This document shows, one piece after another, positions 8,265 to 17,315 of a stretch of 41,426 bases of DNA. The notes beneath the pieces are model-generated. The model was not told the origin of the DNA. It saw only the letters and a list, made by a program, of their open reading frames with translations, and searched no databases. The position numbers were made by a program, and so were the translations under genes. Location: the IMG/VR virus record IMGVR_UViG_2711768022_000004; one strand, given 5' to 3'. The DNA is from a virus. Its lineage: Duplodnaviria > Heunggongvirae > Uroviricota > Caudoviricetes. Position 1 is the first letter of the stretch. Every line of letters begins with the position of its first letter.

Positions 8265-9146
8265 TTATATACTTGCAGCCGTCACCCATGCTCCATTTAA
8301 CAGATACTGCAACGGCCGGTAATACACGCCGCCGACGTTATCTGCCGTATTCTTACCGACATCCTGTACTTTAATTCCGGTAAGAACATTGCCGCCCCCC
8401 AGATTCAGATCCCAGCTTTCCCATGTTCCGGGCATATGTGCGGTCACCGACCCCAGTCTTATGGCGGTTACTGTTCCTGATGAGATAGTGATATCCTGCG
8501 TCCCGTCAAAGGGAACACCATTAATTGTGTGGGCATTTGCCAGCCTGTTCGCGGCAACGGCGGTGCCGTCCGATGGCAGGGCATTCGCCGCCCTGTTTAC
8601 CGTTTCCCGTAAACCGACGTTATCGATAAAAGCCCCTTTATCCGGAATGTCTGCGCCGTTCTGCTCCCTGCGCAGGTAACGGTTATCACCTTCGCTTTTG
8701 CTGTAAACATCCAGATTATTACGGGCGGTTCCCTTATTCTCCAGGTCGGCGAGATTCTGATCCTTCGCCAGGGCATTAACGTCAGCGGGACCAAGACTGT
8801 TTTTTGTGGCAAGCGTCCCCAGACCAAGATAACCACGGGCCAGACGCTGGGCCTCCGCACCGGCATCAGCAATTTCTTTCAGGTTATTTTTCCGGGAAAA
8901 GGCATTCGCAGCGATAATGGCTTTAATGGACAGCGTAAGCTGGTTTAACTGCGCCTTATCCGGCTGAATACTGGCTTCAGCCAGAATATTCAGCAGTTCG
9001 GCCTGGAGAATATTCAGCCAGTCCTGACCAATCCAGCTGATACCTTTTTGTCCGTCACCTTCGGTAAACCAGGTGGTGGTATTACTCTGCGCCGGTGCCA
9101 GCGCAGGCATATTCGCCACGCCGGAATTATTATCAACATGAAACAT
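8265..9146 (-). CDS. tail fibre protein (constant N-terminal part plus currently expressed variable C-terminal part)
   Basis: 293 aa; N-terminus [18 protein letters not shown]...[30 protein letters not shown] typical of Mu S / P2 H-type fibres; contains the gix-like site. Confidence 0.8.
   Translation of the reverse strand: MFHVDNNSGVANMPALAPAQSNTTTWFTEGDGQKGISWIGQDWLNILQAELLNILAEASIQPDKAQLNQLTLSIKAIIAANAFSRKNNLKEIADAGAEAQRLARGYLGLGTLATKNSLGPADVNALAKDQNLADLENKGTARNNLDVYSKSEGDNRYLRREQNGADIPDKGAFIDNVGLRETVNRAANALPSDGTAVAANRLANAHTINGVPFDGTQDITISSGTVTAIRLGSVTAHMPGTWESWDLNLGGGNVLTGIKVQDVGKNTADNVGGVYYRPLQYLLNGAWVTAASI
8604..8629. other. gix/hix-like crossover site for the serine invertase, inside the fibre gene
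   Basis: TTCCCGTAAACC-GA-CGTTATCGATAA: two 12-bp half-sites in inverted orientation around a 2-bp core, resembling gix (TTCCTGTAAACCGAGGTTTTGGATAA, from memory); falls at fibre codon about 173. Confidence 0.55.
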
Positions 9147-9706
9147 TAAATAGTCTCCTCTTCATGGCTGTTTGCATAAACGTAAATAAACGTCTGCCAT
9201 GCAGGCTTATAACGGTTCAGAATACATTCCAGCGCACCGCCTTCATAAATACGCAGCGGCGTGAGAATATCATCCAGCACATTCATATTCCGGTAGCCGG
9301 TTTCACTGTTAATCGTGACAATACTGACCCACTGCGAATCCGGTGAGGGCTGAATGTCAATCTGATAACCAAACTCCGCCGCAAACCGGATATAAAATTC
9401 ACGGTTCAGCGAGGGCTTCATCCGGTATTTATTTCCGGCATAACGCTGTCGCTCCGTGAGGGTGGCTCCGGCCATATCACACTCGGGAAGCCCGAGATAA
9501 CGCTCCCAGTCTTCCAGCAGCAGGCGCGACGTGTCAGGGAAACGCTCGGCAAGCAGCTGTTTACCCGTCCAGGATACACGCGCTGTCGAATGACTGAGGC
9601 CCAGACATAATGATGCCAGTACGGATGACGGACGCTTGTCCCATGCCAGCCCGTCAGGCAGTAACTGCAACAGGGCGCGCTGATGCGGGGTCAGGGTTAC
9701 AGCCAT
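9146..9706 (-). CDS. tail/baseplate protein (Mu gp48-like)
   Basis: 186 aa; position between baseplate J-like gene and tail fibre. Confidence 0.55.
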   Translation of the reverse strand: MAVTLTPHQRALLQLLPDGLAWDKRPSSVLASLCLGLSHSTARVSWTGKQLLAERFPDTSRLLLEDWERYLGLPECDMAGATLTERQRYAGNKYRMKPSLNREFYIRFAAEFGYQIDIQPSPDSQWVSIVTINSETGYRNMNVLDDILTPLRIYEGGALECILNRYKPAWQTFIYVYANSHEEETI

Positions 9707-10779
9707 GTGATTTCTCCTACCGTCAGCAGCTCACTGTCTCCCGCCTGAACTGACGTCAGCGGACTGCGCACTTCAAAATCCTCCAGATTTTTCACCCCTG
9801 CCACCGCCCGCCAGAAAGACGACGGCAGAACCAGACCGCCGGGCCGGGATTCGTTATACAACAGGTCGGTCAGCGCCTGTTTTACGGCCGCCTGATTCTC
9901 CGGTGTTTTCGGGATGATCCTGATGCTGAAGGGCACCGGCTTATTGGTCAGTTTAAACACGGTCACCGTCGGCCCCAGAGGCTGTCCGACAGGCTGGCCG
10001 GTCGCCGGATCATCATGACTGCGGATATAATCCGCCACCCGCTGAACATCACCGTCACCGGGGAAAATATCCGGGTTATTATCCTGAACAAACGTTACCC
10101 CCACGCTGCCCGCCTGCGGCCATTCCGGGCGGCACCATGCCCGCGTCACGCCCGGCACTTCACGCGCCCAGCGTTCAAAATCATACTGCGTGCCGCCGGA
10201 CGGTGGATTCTGCACCCGGAAAACCAGACGGGAAAGCAGCTCCGGCACGGTTTCCACATCCGCACCACCGGTGATCCCCGTTCCGGTCACCGTGGCCGTC
10301 TGGTTGATCCCCGCCTGCGGTGTGATAAATGTCAGTTTTGTCCCTGCCGGGGCATTCCCCGCACGACCGGCACTTTCGGCTTCCACACTGACATTCAGCG
10401 TACCGGCCTTACCGGTCAGGGAGGTGGTGATACGGTAAACCACGCCATCACTTCGCTGGAGAAGCACACCTTCCTTGATCCCCGCATCCGTGGTCAGCAT
10501 CAGCTGAACCGGCCCGTCCCCCCGAGAGGCAGGCTTACGCATGACGCCCCAGAATGCACAGTGTTTCAGCAGTTCGGCTTCATCGGCTTCGGTCGGGATG
10601 ATCTGACGCGCAATCCAGGCCAGATGCTCATGCTCCTGAGCAGATAACCCTGCCTGAGCGTAAGCAATGGCATTCAGGGTGGTTTCATTCACACCCGGCT
10701 GCGAGCCGGGCAGGCGCTGGCTGATATCCTGCTGTGTCTGCGTGATTAACTGTGCCAGCGGTAAAGGCTGATAAGGCAT
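9697..10779 (-). CDS. baseplate J-like protein (Mu gp47-like)
   Basis: 360 aa; size and position in baseplate cluster. Confidence 0.6.
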   Translation of the reverse strand: MPYQPLPLAQLITQTQQDISQRLPGSQPGVNETTLNAIAYAQAGLSAQEHEHLAWIARQIIPTEADEAELLKHCAFWGVMRKPASRGDGPVQLMLTTDAGIKEGVLLQRSDGVVYRITTSLTGKAGTLNVSVEAESAGRAGNAPAGTKLTFITPQAGINQTATVTGTGITGGADVETVPELLSRLVFRVQNPPSGGTQYDFERWAREVPGVTRAWCRPEWPQAGSVGVTFVQDNNPDIFPGDGDVQRVADYIRSHDDPATGQPVGQPLGPTVTVFKLTNKPVPFSIRIIPKTPENQAAVKQALTDLLYNESRPGGLVLPSSFWRAVAGVKNLEDFEVRSPLTSVQAGDSELLTVGEITWL

Positions 10780-11216
10780 TACTCCCCCTTAAGATCAGCA
10801 TAAAAAATCATGGGCCTCACTGAACCATCAGGCAGGGTTATGCGCACCGAAAGCGCCAGCCGCGCGTGTCCCACACGTTCTGCATGACAGACCACGGATG
10901 ACGCCACGCCATCCTGACTGAGCCAGCCCAGCGCCTCATCCGCGTAAGCACGGGCACGGCTTATCACCGAGGCCAGCGTTTTTTCCCGGCTGAGAAGCCA
11001 CAGACGGGAGCCAATGGGGCGCGGGCGAAAACTGTCTCCCCACCATCCCCGGCGGTCGCGCGTACCGTCAGGGATTTCATCCGATGCCAGCGCCCGGCGG
11101 TCAGTAAACAGCGAAATCAGAACGGCCGTCAGCAGACTGTCATCCGTCAGCAAGTCGGCACCGTTCAGTTGCAGCGAACCGCACCCCTGATCCCATACAA
11201 TTGCAATATCAGCCAT
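10779..11216 (-). CDS. baseplate wedge protein (gp25/W-like); start set at internal ATG 11214-11216
   Basis: MADIAIVWDQGCGSLQL...; ATG overlaps the stop of the upstream gene by 8 nt; listed longer ORF start lies inside the upstream gene. Confidence 0.55.
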   Translation of the reverse strand: MADIAIVWDQGCGSLQLNGADLLTDDSLLTAVLISLFTDRRALASDEIPDGTRDRRGWWGDSFRPRPIGSRLWLLSREKTLASVISRARAYADEALGWLSQDGVASSVVCHAERVGHARLALSVRITLPDGSVRPMIFYADLKGE

Positions 11217-11823
11217 TCTCCGGCGCTCCTGTCTTACTGCCTTTGCCGTTATCCTGATGCACATGGCCGGAATAGGTGATCCCGGCAATAACGGCATCAG
11301 ACATCGTGAACAGCCCGTCTGATTTACCTGTACCATCAAGCACGAAATTACCCTTAACATGCAGGTTTTTATCCACCGTCACATTGCCCGTAAAGGTGGC
11401 CTCCGGCGTATCCACCCGCATCCCCTCATCGGCGTAAATCTCCAGCATTTTGCATGTCACAATAATGCGACCATCCTTTGTTAACCGTATCCGGTGCCCC
11501 TCATGGTGATACACCCCCGTATCTCCGGCTGTGAGTCCGGTCGGGCGGCTGCGCCGGTCTTCCACCACAAGCACCACAGTCTGATCCCGCTGTCCGCCCA
11601 GACAGGCAAAAAAGGTTTCCGCACCCGGCAGGGGAACGCTGATCTGCCCGTACTGCTGGGGACGCTCCACATCATCAAAGGTTTCGCCGTCCATGCCGGT
11701 GAGCTGCACATTCTGCATTTTCAGTTCGTCATGTGTGCCGGTCAGAACGCCCCGGCCAAACAACAGGCGAATACCGCGCGTTACCGGGGCAATCAGGCGG
11801 CTGAACACTTCATCATTCATCAA
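11209..11823 (-). CDS. baseplate spike/hub protein (Mu gp45-like)
   Basis: 204 aa; position in baseplate cluster. Confidence 0.55.
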   Translation of the reverse strand: MMNDEVFSRLIAPVTRGIRLLFGRGVLTGTHDELKMQNVQLTGMDGETFDDVERPQQYGQISVPLPGAETFFACLGGQRDQTVVLVVEDRRSRPTGLTAGDTGVYHHEGHRIRLTKDGRIIVTCKMLEIYADEGMRVDTPEATFTGNVTVDKNLHVKGNFVLDGTGKSDGLFTMSDAVIAGITYSGHVHQDNGKGSKTGAPENG

Positions 11824-12937
11824 AGCTGATCCCCTGTTTTTTCATCTGCTGGCGAATAAAGGCATCAACATCGTCACCGGAACCACCCCGGCCCTTACTG
11901 TCCGGCTCTGCCGGAACGATAAAGCCGTCACGCGGTGCCAGTACCAGCCGGGTGACTTCCCCGTTATGTTCATCAAGTAAAAACTCCACCTGACAGACCA
12001 GCAGTTCAGTCTGTTCTATACCGAAACGCAGGGCTGAAACACCGGTCAGCAGATTGACATCCCATAACCGGCCATCATCCCGGAACCAGCCACGCACGGT
12101 GGCAGAAAACCGTTCTGAACGGGCAATCGCACGGCGCATTTCACGCAGGGCACGCTGCCGTGCACCGGTGGTGTCTGTCTGTTGATCGGCGAGGATGATT
12201 TTCGACCGGTAGCGGCCGATCTGCTCATCACTGATGACGCCCACAGGTGCTGCCAGACGGGCGGCGGATTCGCTGTCTCCCCGTTTGCCACCACCGCGCC
12301 CGTGTCCCCGGACACGGTATTCGCTGTATCGTCCTCGCCAGTCCGTGTTGTAATCGGCATCAAGCAGGTTATCTCCCAGCACCAGTCTGTCCGTCTGCTG
12401 GCTTCCTGCCTGGGTGAACACCAGATCGCCGTCAGCATTACTGGTCACCAGCACCCCGCGATGCCGGGCAGCACGGGTCAGCGCATCCGCCACGGTTTCT
12501 GAGTTTTCCAGCGTAAAAGAGCTGAAGGGGCGTGCAGCCGTGTCGTCGTTAACCTGCCAGCGCACGGCTATCCCGAAGGGCGCACATAAATCTGCGGCAA
12601 TCTGTGCCAGCGTCCGGTTGCGCCACTGGCTGCCGGGATGGATGGCGGCACAGTCCACCAGGTCGCCGGTTTTATCCCGACCGCTGATGCTGATCTGATG
12701 ACGGGTTGCACTGATCCGCTGACTGACCTGATCCAGCCAGCCACTGATGACCGTCTGCCCGTTAATTCTGAGCGTCAGGGACTGACCGGTTCGCAGGGCT
12801 GAGGGGATGCGCTCACCGGGCAGCATCAGCCCCAGTTCAAACGACCCGGCCAGATGCTCCAGCGAGCGACGGACGCTGACCGTCAGCCAGCCGGAAAAAA
12901 TACTGCCACCGATATACAGTTCAATCCTGCTGCTCAC
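11813..12937 (-). CDS. tail protein (Mu P-like)
   Basis: 374 aa; follows the N-like gene. Confidence 0.55.
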   Translation of the reverse strand: MSSRIELYIGGSIFSGWLTVSVRRSLEHLAGSFELGLMLPGERIPSALRTGQSLTLRINGQTVISGWLDQVSQRISATRHQISISGRDKTGDLVDCAAIHPGSQWRNRTLAQIAADLCAPFGIAVRWQVNDDTAARPFSSFTLENSETVADALTRAARHRGVLVTSNADGDLVFTQAGSQQTDRLVLGDNLLDADYNTDWRGRYSEYRVRGHGRGGGKRGDSESAARLAAPVGVISDEQIGRYRSKIILADQQTDTTGARQRALREMRRAIARSERFSATVRGWFRDDGRLWDVNLLTGVSALRFGIEQTELLVCQVEFLLDEHNGEVTRLVLAPRDGFIVPAEPDSKGRGGSGDDVDAFIRQQMKKQGISFDE

Positions 12938-14279
12938 TGATCACCTCCACGCTGCGGCCACCCGGAACAAAAACCGGATCGGGGATATTGTTTCTGCGGA
13001 CAAAATACTGCCAGCGACTGCTGTTGCCGGTGGCACGGTACAGCGTGACCAGTGCCGGTTCGGTGGTGCGAACCATGACCTGAAAAGCACCGGGAAGATG
13101 CACGCTCCGTGTGGTTAAATCTTCTGTCAGCGCAAGCCCTGCATCACGTAATGCAAGGGCAGTCCCGGTATAGCCCTGTGCGGACAGATCCAGCACCTGT
13201 TGTTCCATGGCATCGCTCAAATCCCGGTTGATACGCTGCACATCAGCAGAACTTTCCAGCCAGGCCAGTCCGCCCGAACGGTCAGTATCCTGAACGTGCG
13301 TCGTATTCTGCCGGATGACCTGATCCAGCAGTTTTCCGAGCGTCTGTGCCTGCGACACCAGGGTTGCACTCTGCATCACGCTCCGCAGCAGACGGATATT
13401 TTTCTGTGCCGCAGGCGTCAGGCCAATCAGGCGCTGTGGATCATCCTGTTCGCTGAGGGTGTAACGCAGGGAGGAAAGTGTGCGGTACAGCTGCGGCATG
13501 GCCTGCTCTGCCATGCTGTCACGGTTTGTGGTCAGGCTGCCGGACGGCGTTCCGGCTTTTCCGGTCAGAGACAGGGAAGGATCGCCGGGCAGCCCGGTCA
13601 GCACGGCAAACATTCCGGCCAGCGATTCAGCCATGCGACGGGGCGCATTAATCAGGGCGGCGGCATTGCCTTTCAGGGCAGTAAAACTGGCCGTAAAGGC
13701 ACTGATATCCTGCACAATCCCCATCCCCGAAACGGCATTCTCCAGTGCATCAATCTTATCGCTGATGGTGTCGGTCATGGCCTGTACATCATGCAGACCG
13801 TCTGAAATCACCGTCCAGCCGTCTGAAAGCGTGTTAAACAGCTGATTCATTGCTGAGCCGCTTTTCTGCTCCAGCGCAGCTGCCGTATCTTCTGCCACCG
13901 CAGGGGCGGTATCGTCACTGGCGGGGATCACGTTGATCGTGAACTCAACCGTTCCCTGCTCGCTGGCGTTATAACGGCTTTCAAAGCTGTTTATCAGCAC
14001 GTTTAACGTGCCGTAATCCGGGTGCATCAGTTCACCGGCACCGGGTGCACGCAGCGCATCACGCAGGCGGCTTCGCTGTGTCTGAAGATCGTCTCCGGTC
14101 ACCAGAACCGTGAATGTGAACTCCGGGAGTTTTGGCCCCAGATCATCCGCACCGCCGCTTTCACGCAGTGGGTATTCACGGCGCACAATGTTACGTCCGC
14201 CCCGTTCCCGCTGCTCCTGATAAACCAGGAACGGTACGCCACGAAAGGAGCCACGCCCCGGCGTGTCAGTAGAGGCCAT
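12921..14279 (-). CDS. Mu N-like tail protein (DNA circularisation protein family)
   Basis: 452 aa; immediately downstream of tape measure gene as in Mu. Confidence 0.55.
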   Translation of the reverse strand: MASTDTPGRGSFRGVPFLVYQEQRERGGRNIVRREYPLRESGGADDLGPKLPEFTFTVLVTGDDLQTQRSRLRDALRAPGAGELMHPDYGTLNVLINSFESRYNASEQGTVEFTINVIPASDDTAPAVAEDTAAALEQKSGSAMNQLFNTLSDGWTVISDGLHDVQAMTDTISDKIDALENAVSGMGIVQDISAFTASFTALKGNAAALINAPRRMAESLAGMFAVLTGLPGDPSLSLTGKAGTPSGSLTTNRDSMAEQAMPQLYRTLSSLRYTLSEQDDPQRLIGLTPAAQKNIRLLRSVMQSATLVSQAQTLGKLLDQVIRQNTTHVQDTDRSGGLAWLESSADVQRINRDLSDAMEQQVLDLSAQGYTGTALALRDAGLALTEDLTTRSVHLPGAFQVMVRTTEPALVTLYRATGNSSRWQYFVRRNNIPDPVFVPGGRSVEVISEQQD

Positions 14280-16323
14280 AGTTCCCTCCGTTCCAGACGT
14301 TCACATCCAGGCCATGCTGTGCGGTATCATCCACATCAATACTGCGCGCCCGCCAGCCTTCAGGGGCAACAAGCTCCACCCGTGCGGCGGTTTTCGCGGT
14401 GGCCTGTCCGCCGTTTTCGTCACTGCCGCCACGCAGTTTCTGCCAGGCCTGCGTCAGCCAGCCCCCCAGATAATCACCGAGATAGCTGCCCACCGTGGAA
14501 CCAATGGCAACCCCGACCGGACCGGCAGCCGCCCCCAGCGCGCCACCGGCGATACTTCCGGCAAGGGAACCCACGGCACCGGCTTTATCGGCTGCACTGG
14601 CGCTGCTGTCCAGCAGTACAGGAGCCGCCATGGCACCGGCCCACAGGGCACCACCACCCAGCCGACCGGCACCACGGAACAGCCCGGCAAAACGCCCCAG
14701 CCCCATGCGGTTTCCGGCCGCCGTTAGCAGACCACCGGCACGGCTCATCATACGACCGAAGAAGCCCTGTTTACCGGCACTCTCCGCCAGTTGCTCACCG
14801 GCAGTCACGACGGTCGTGACACCCCGTCCACGTCCGGGGCCGCGTTTTTTACGGCCGCGCACGGTTTTGCCGTCACCGCTGACCACCACATCCCCGCCAC
14901 CTGAGGCCAGGCCACCCGCAGGCCAATTGGTGACCAGCACGGGCTGAACGGCAGCCGGATTTACCCCGGTAAGGAAATTCAGGAACCGGCCAGCGCGTCC
15001 GGGCTGCGTTCCCGGTACAGTGGTCTGCGGTTTGCGGAAGGGCGACGTCAGCACGGAGGTCATCGCCATGCCATAGCGTAAGGGGGTTGCGCCGAGACGT
15101 AATGCCCCCGTCCCCGCAAACCTGAGCACCTTCAGCGCACGGGAGGCGAGATACATATACATCAGGTACTTTGCGGCGGTCTGCGCACCCTGACCAATGC
15201 GATCCAGCGCATCGCCATAACCGGCGTCGCGCAGTGCCTGAAGCGTTTCCCTGACTTTCTGAATGACCCGGTAAAAGCCGGTCGCAGCGTCTCTGGCATA
15301 CTCAAATCCCTGATTCAGGGCTGAGGCCGTCTGTGTGGCCAGCTTATCCTGTAAGCCGCTTTTCTGTGCCGCATCAGCATAATCCAGAAAGCCTTTCAGG
15401 CTCTTTTTCAGGCTGTCAAACGGTCCCTTTGCCATCACCTCGCGGGCAAATCCGTCCCAGACATCGCCCATCATGGACGTCATTCCCGTCCAGGAATTCA
15501 TGGCGTTTTTCTGGGCACCTTTTGCCTGTTCGGCCATCACCTGAAATAACAGGCGAATGCTGTCCGGTCCCAGTTTTCCTTTCTCGCCTTTCTCACGGAT
15601 GATCTTCTGGTTTACACCCAGCTTATCGGCCAGCAACTGGTAAACGTTAATCCCGTATCCGGTCAGAATATTGGCGTCCGCTGCCTGGATACTCTGGCGG
15701 GCAAACATCTGTTTGAGTTGCAGGGACGCACCCTGTGCATCTGACAGTGACCAGCCGTGATAGCCGCCCTGATCCTGAAGCATGGTAATAAAGCGACGGG
15801 CTTCCCTGTCACTCATACCGAACCCGCGACTGGAGGCGTATTCCTGCATAACCCCCGCCAGCCCCCAGGTGGTGTCTTTGGCGTTCTGTACCGCCCAGGC
15901 TTTCACTGCTTCCGTTTTTGCCGTATCGCCATGATTAATGGCGTTGAGACGCAGAATATAGTTCTCCATCTCTGCGGCCGGGCGGATAAAGGCTTTATTA
16001 AACCCGTAGACCGCAGCCCCTCCCGCCAGCATCCCGTAAAGGTTGCTTATCCGCCCGATGGTGCCGGTAATGCTGCCCTGAAGGCGGTCAAAATCTGACG
16101 TCACCGTGCGGATACTGCCACGAACACCGGCAAGCGTTCGCTGCATACGGGAGCCGACAAGTTCTGTCTCCTGACCGGCACGACGTGCTGCATTTCCAAG
16201 ACCACCCAGCCCCGTCCTGCCGGAACGGGAGAATGCCCCCAGCTCCTGTGACCACTGGCGGGATTTGGCAGAAATATTGCCGAGTAAATCGACAATCAGG
16301 GAGGCTTTCAGGTTTTTTGCCAT
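14266..16323 (-). CDS. tail tape measure protein
   Basis: 685 aa, Gly/Ala-rich C-terminal part; located after tail tube and chaperone genes. Confidence 0.75.
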   Translation of the reverse strand: MAKNLKASLIVDLLGNISAKSRQWSQELGAFSRSGRTGLGGLGNAARRAGQETELVGSRMQRTLAGVRGSIRTVTSDFDRLQGSITGTIGRISNLYGMLAGGAAVYGFNKAFIRPAAEMENYILRLNAINHGDTAKTEAVKAWAVQNAKDTTWGLAGVMQEYASSRGFGMSDREARRFITMLQDQGGYHGWSLSDAQGASLQLKQMFARQSIQAADANILTGYGINVYQLLADKLGVNQKIIREKGEKGKLGPDSIRLLFQVMAEQAKGAQKNAMNSWTGMTSMMGDVWDGFAREVMAKGPFDSLKKSLKGFLDYADAAQKSGLQDKLATQTASALNQGFEYARDAATGFYRVIQKVRETLQALRDAGYGDALDRIGQGAQTAAKYLMYMYLASRALKVLRFAGTGALRLGATPLRYGMAMTSVLTSPFRKPQTTVPGTQPGRAGRFLNFLTGVNPAAVQPVLVTNWPAGGLASGGGDVVVSGDGKTVRGRKKRGPGRGRGVTTVVTAGEQLAESAGKQGFFGRMMSRAGGLLTAAGNRMGLGRFAGLFRGAGRLGGGALWAGAMAAPVLLDSSASAADKAGAVGSLAGSIAGGALGAAAGPVGVAIGSTVGSYLGDYLGGWLTQAWQKLRGGSDENGGQATAKTAARVELVAPEGWRARSIDVDDTAQHGLDVNVWNGGNYGLY

Positions 16324-16326
16324 GGG

Positions 16327-16521
16327 TTACTGCTTCGTTCTGAGAATTTTTTCGGTCTGTCGGCAGTGCCGGTAAAGCTGCGATAAGGGGAGGTTAAGCG
16401 CCCACTCCGGGCCGCTTTTTGTCACCATCCCCAGCACAATTGCGGCTTCTTCAATCTGATCCCGGCACTGCATCTGGTCGCCCCCGTTCAGCGACCAGCT
16501 TTCCGGCCATCGCGGAATCAA
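16327..16521 (-). CDS. possible frameshift extension of the tail assembly chaperone
   Basis: 64-codon open frame in the +1 frame relative to the chaperone, overlapping its last 70 nt and ending 4 nt before the tape-measure start; listed start is a non-ATG codon. Confidence 0.35.
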   Translation of the reverse strand: MIPRWPESWSLNGGDQMQCRDQIEEAAIVLGMVTKSGPEWALNLPLSQLYRHCRQTEKILRTKQ

Positions 16522-16927
16522 GCAGGCTTACTGCCGCCATCAGTCGGGAGAGATCGCGCTCGCTGAGCTGTCCTATCTGACGCGGAGACAATGGCCCCTC
16601 AATCTGGCCGACAGCGGCAATCTGACGGCGCAGCAGCGCAATGCCGCGCAGTGCCGGTGAGGCCACAAGAACCGGACCGTTTCGGGTTTCCATAAGACGC
16701 TCGGCCTCGCTCTCCGCATCAATGCTGTCTTTTGCCGTCAGTTCGCGGAAGGTGACGCGGTATTCACGGGATTCCCCGAACGGCAGACCGTCGAGCAGAT
16801 CCACATAGCCGTTCGCCAGTTGTTCAGCCAGCCCGGCGGTGCGGGGATCGCCGTCTTCAAGTGCATCCCGGATAGCCTCCATCACGGCCTCGTCAGAAAC
16901 CGCCGTTTTTTTCTTACGTGTGCTCAT
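16451..16927 (-). CDS. tail assembly chaperone
   Basis: 158-aa acidic protein between tail tube and tape measure genes. Confidence 0.6.
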   Translation of the reverse strand: MSTRKKKTAVSDEAVMEAIRDALEDGDPRTAGLAEQLANGYVDLLDGLPFGESREYRVTFRELTAKDSIDAESEAERLMETRNGPVLVASPALRGIALLRRQIAAVGQIEGPLSPRQIGQLSERDLSRLMAAVSLLDSAMAGKLVAERGRPDAVPGSD

Positions 16928-16941
16928 TACATTTTTCCTGA

Positions 16942-17307
16942 TTACTGGACACGGGTACTGGTGGCGCTGGCGAACTTCGCGGAGATATCACCACCACCGT
17001 CAAGCGAGGCCGGTTCACTGCTCCAGGCCTTCGTCATCATGTGGACTTCACCGGTATCGGCCACGAACTCAATCGTGACCGCAGTCCAGGTGTTGATTTC
17101 ATCGGCAGCCGGTGAACCTTCTCCGCCCGCCGGGAATTTACAGTCCAGCGTCGCCTCACGGGGTTTCTCGCGATAGCCGTAAACTTTCGCGCCTTTCACC
17201 ACTTCACGCTCAAAGCCGGACGGGGAGAACGTGGCCCCCTCAAGGGTGTCGTACTCCTGCCCGTTCACACGGATGGTGGCCGTGCCCTGATACTGTTTTC
17301 CGCTCAT
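16942..17307 (-). CDS. tail tube protein
   Basis: 121 aa, directly downstream of sheath gene. Confidence 0.65.
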   Translation of the reverse strand: MSGKQYQGTATIRVNGQEYDTLEGATFSPSGFEREVVKGAKVYGYREKPREATLDCKFPAGGEGSPAADEINTWTAVTIEFVADTGEVHMMTKAWSSEPASLDGGGDISAKFASATSTRVQ

Positions 17308-17315
17308 GCCTTACC

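Noticed and set aside
10015-10647. 210-aa plus-strand ORF overlapping the baseplate J-like gene
   Set aside because: Same reasoning: antisense to a syntenic structural gene, Arg/Pro-rich low-complexity translation.
14022-14947. Long plus-strand ORFs (265 aa and 150 aa, Pro/Arg/Ala-rich) overlapping the tape measure gene
   Set aside because: Antisense shadow ORFs in a GC-rich region fully covered by a well-supported minus-strand gene; low-complexity composition and no ribosome-binding site.
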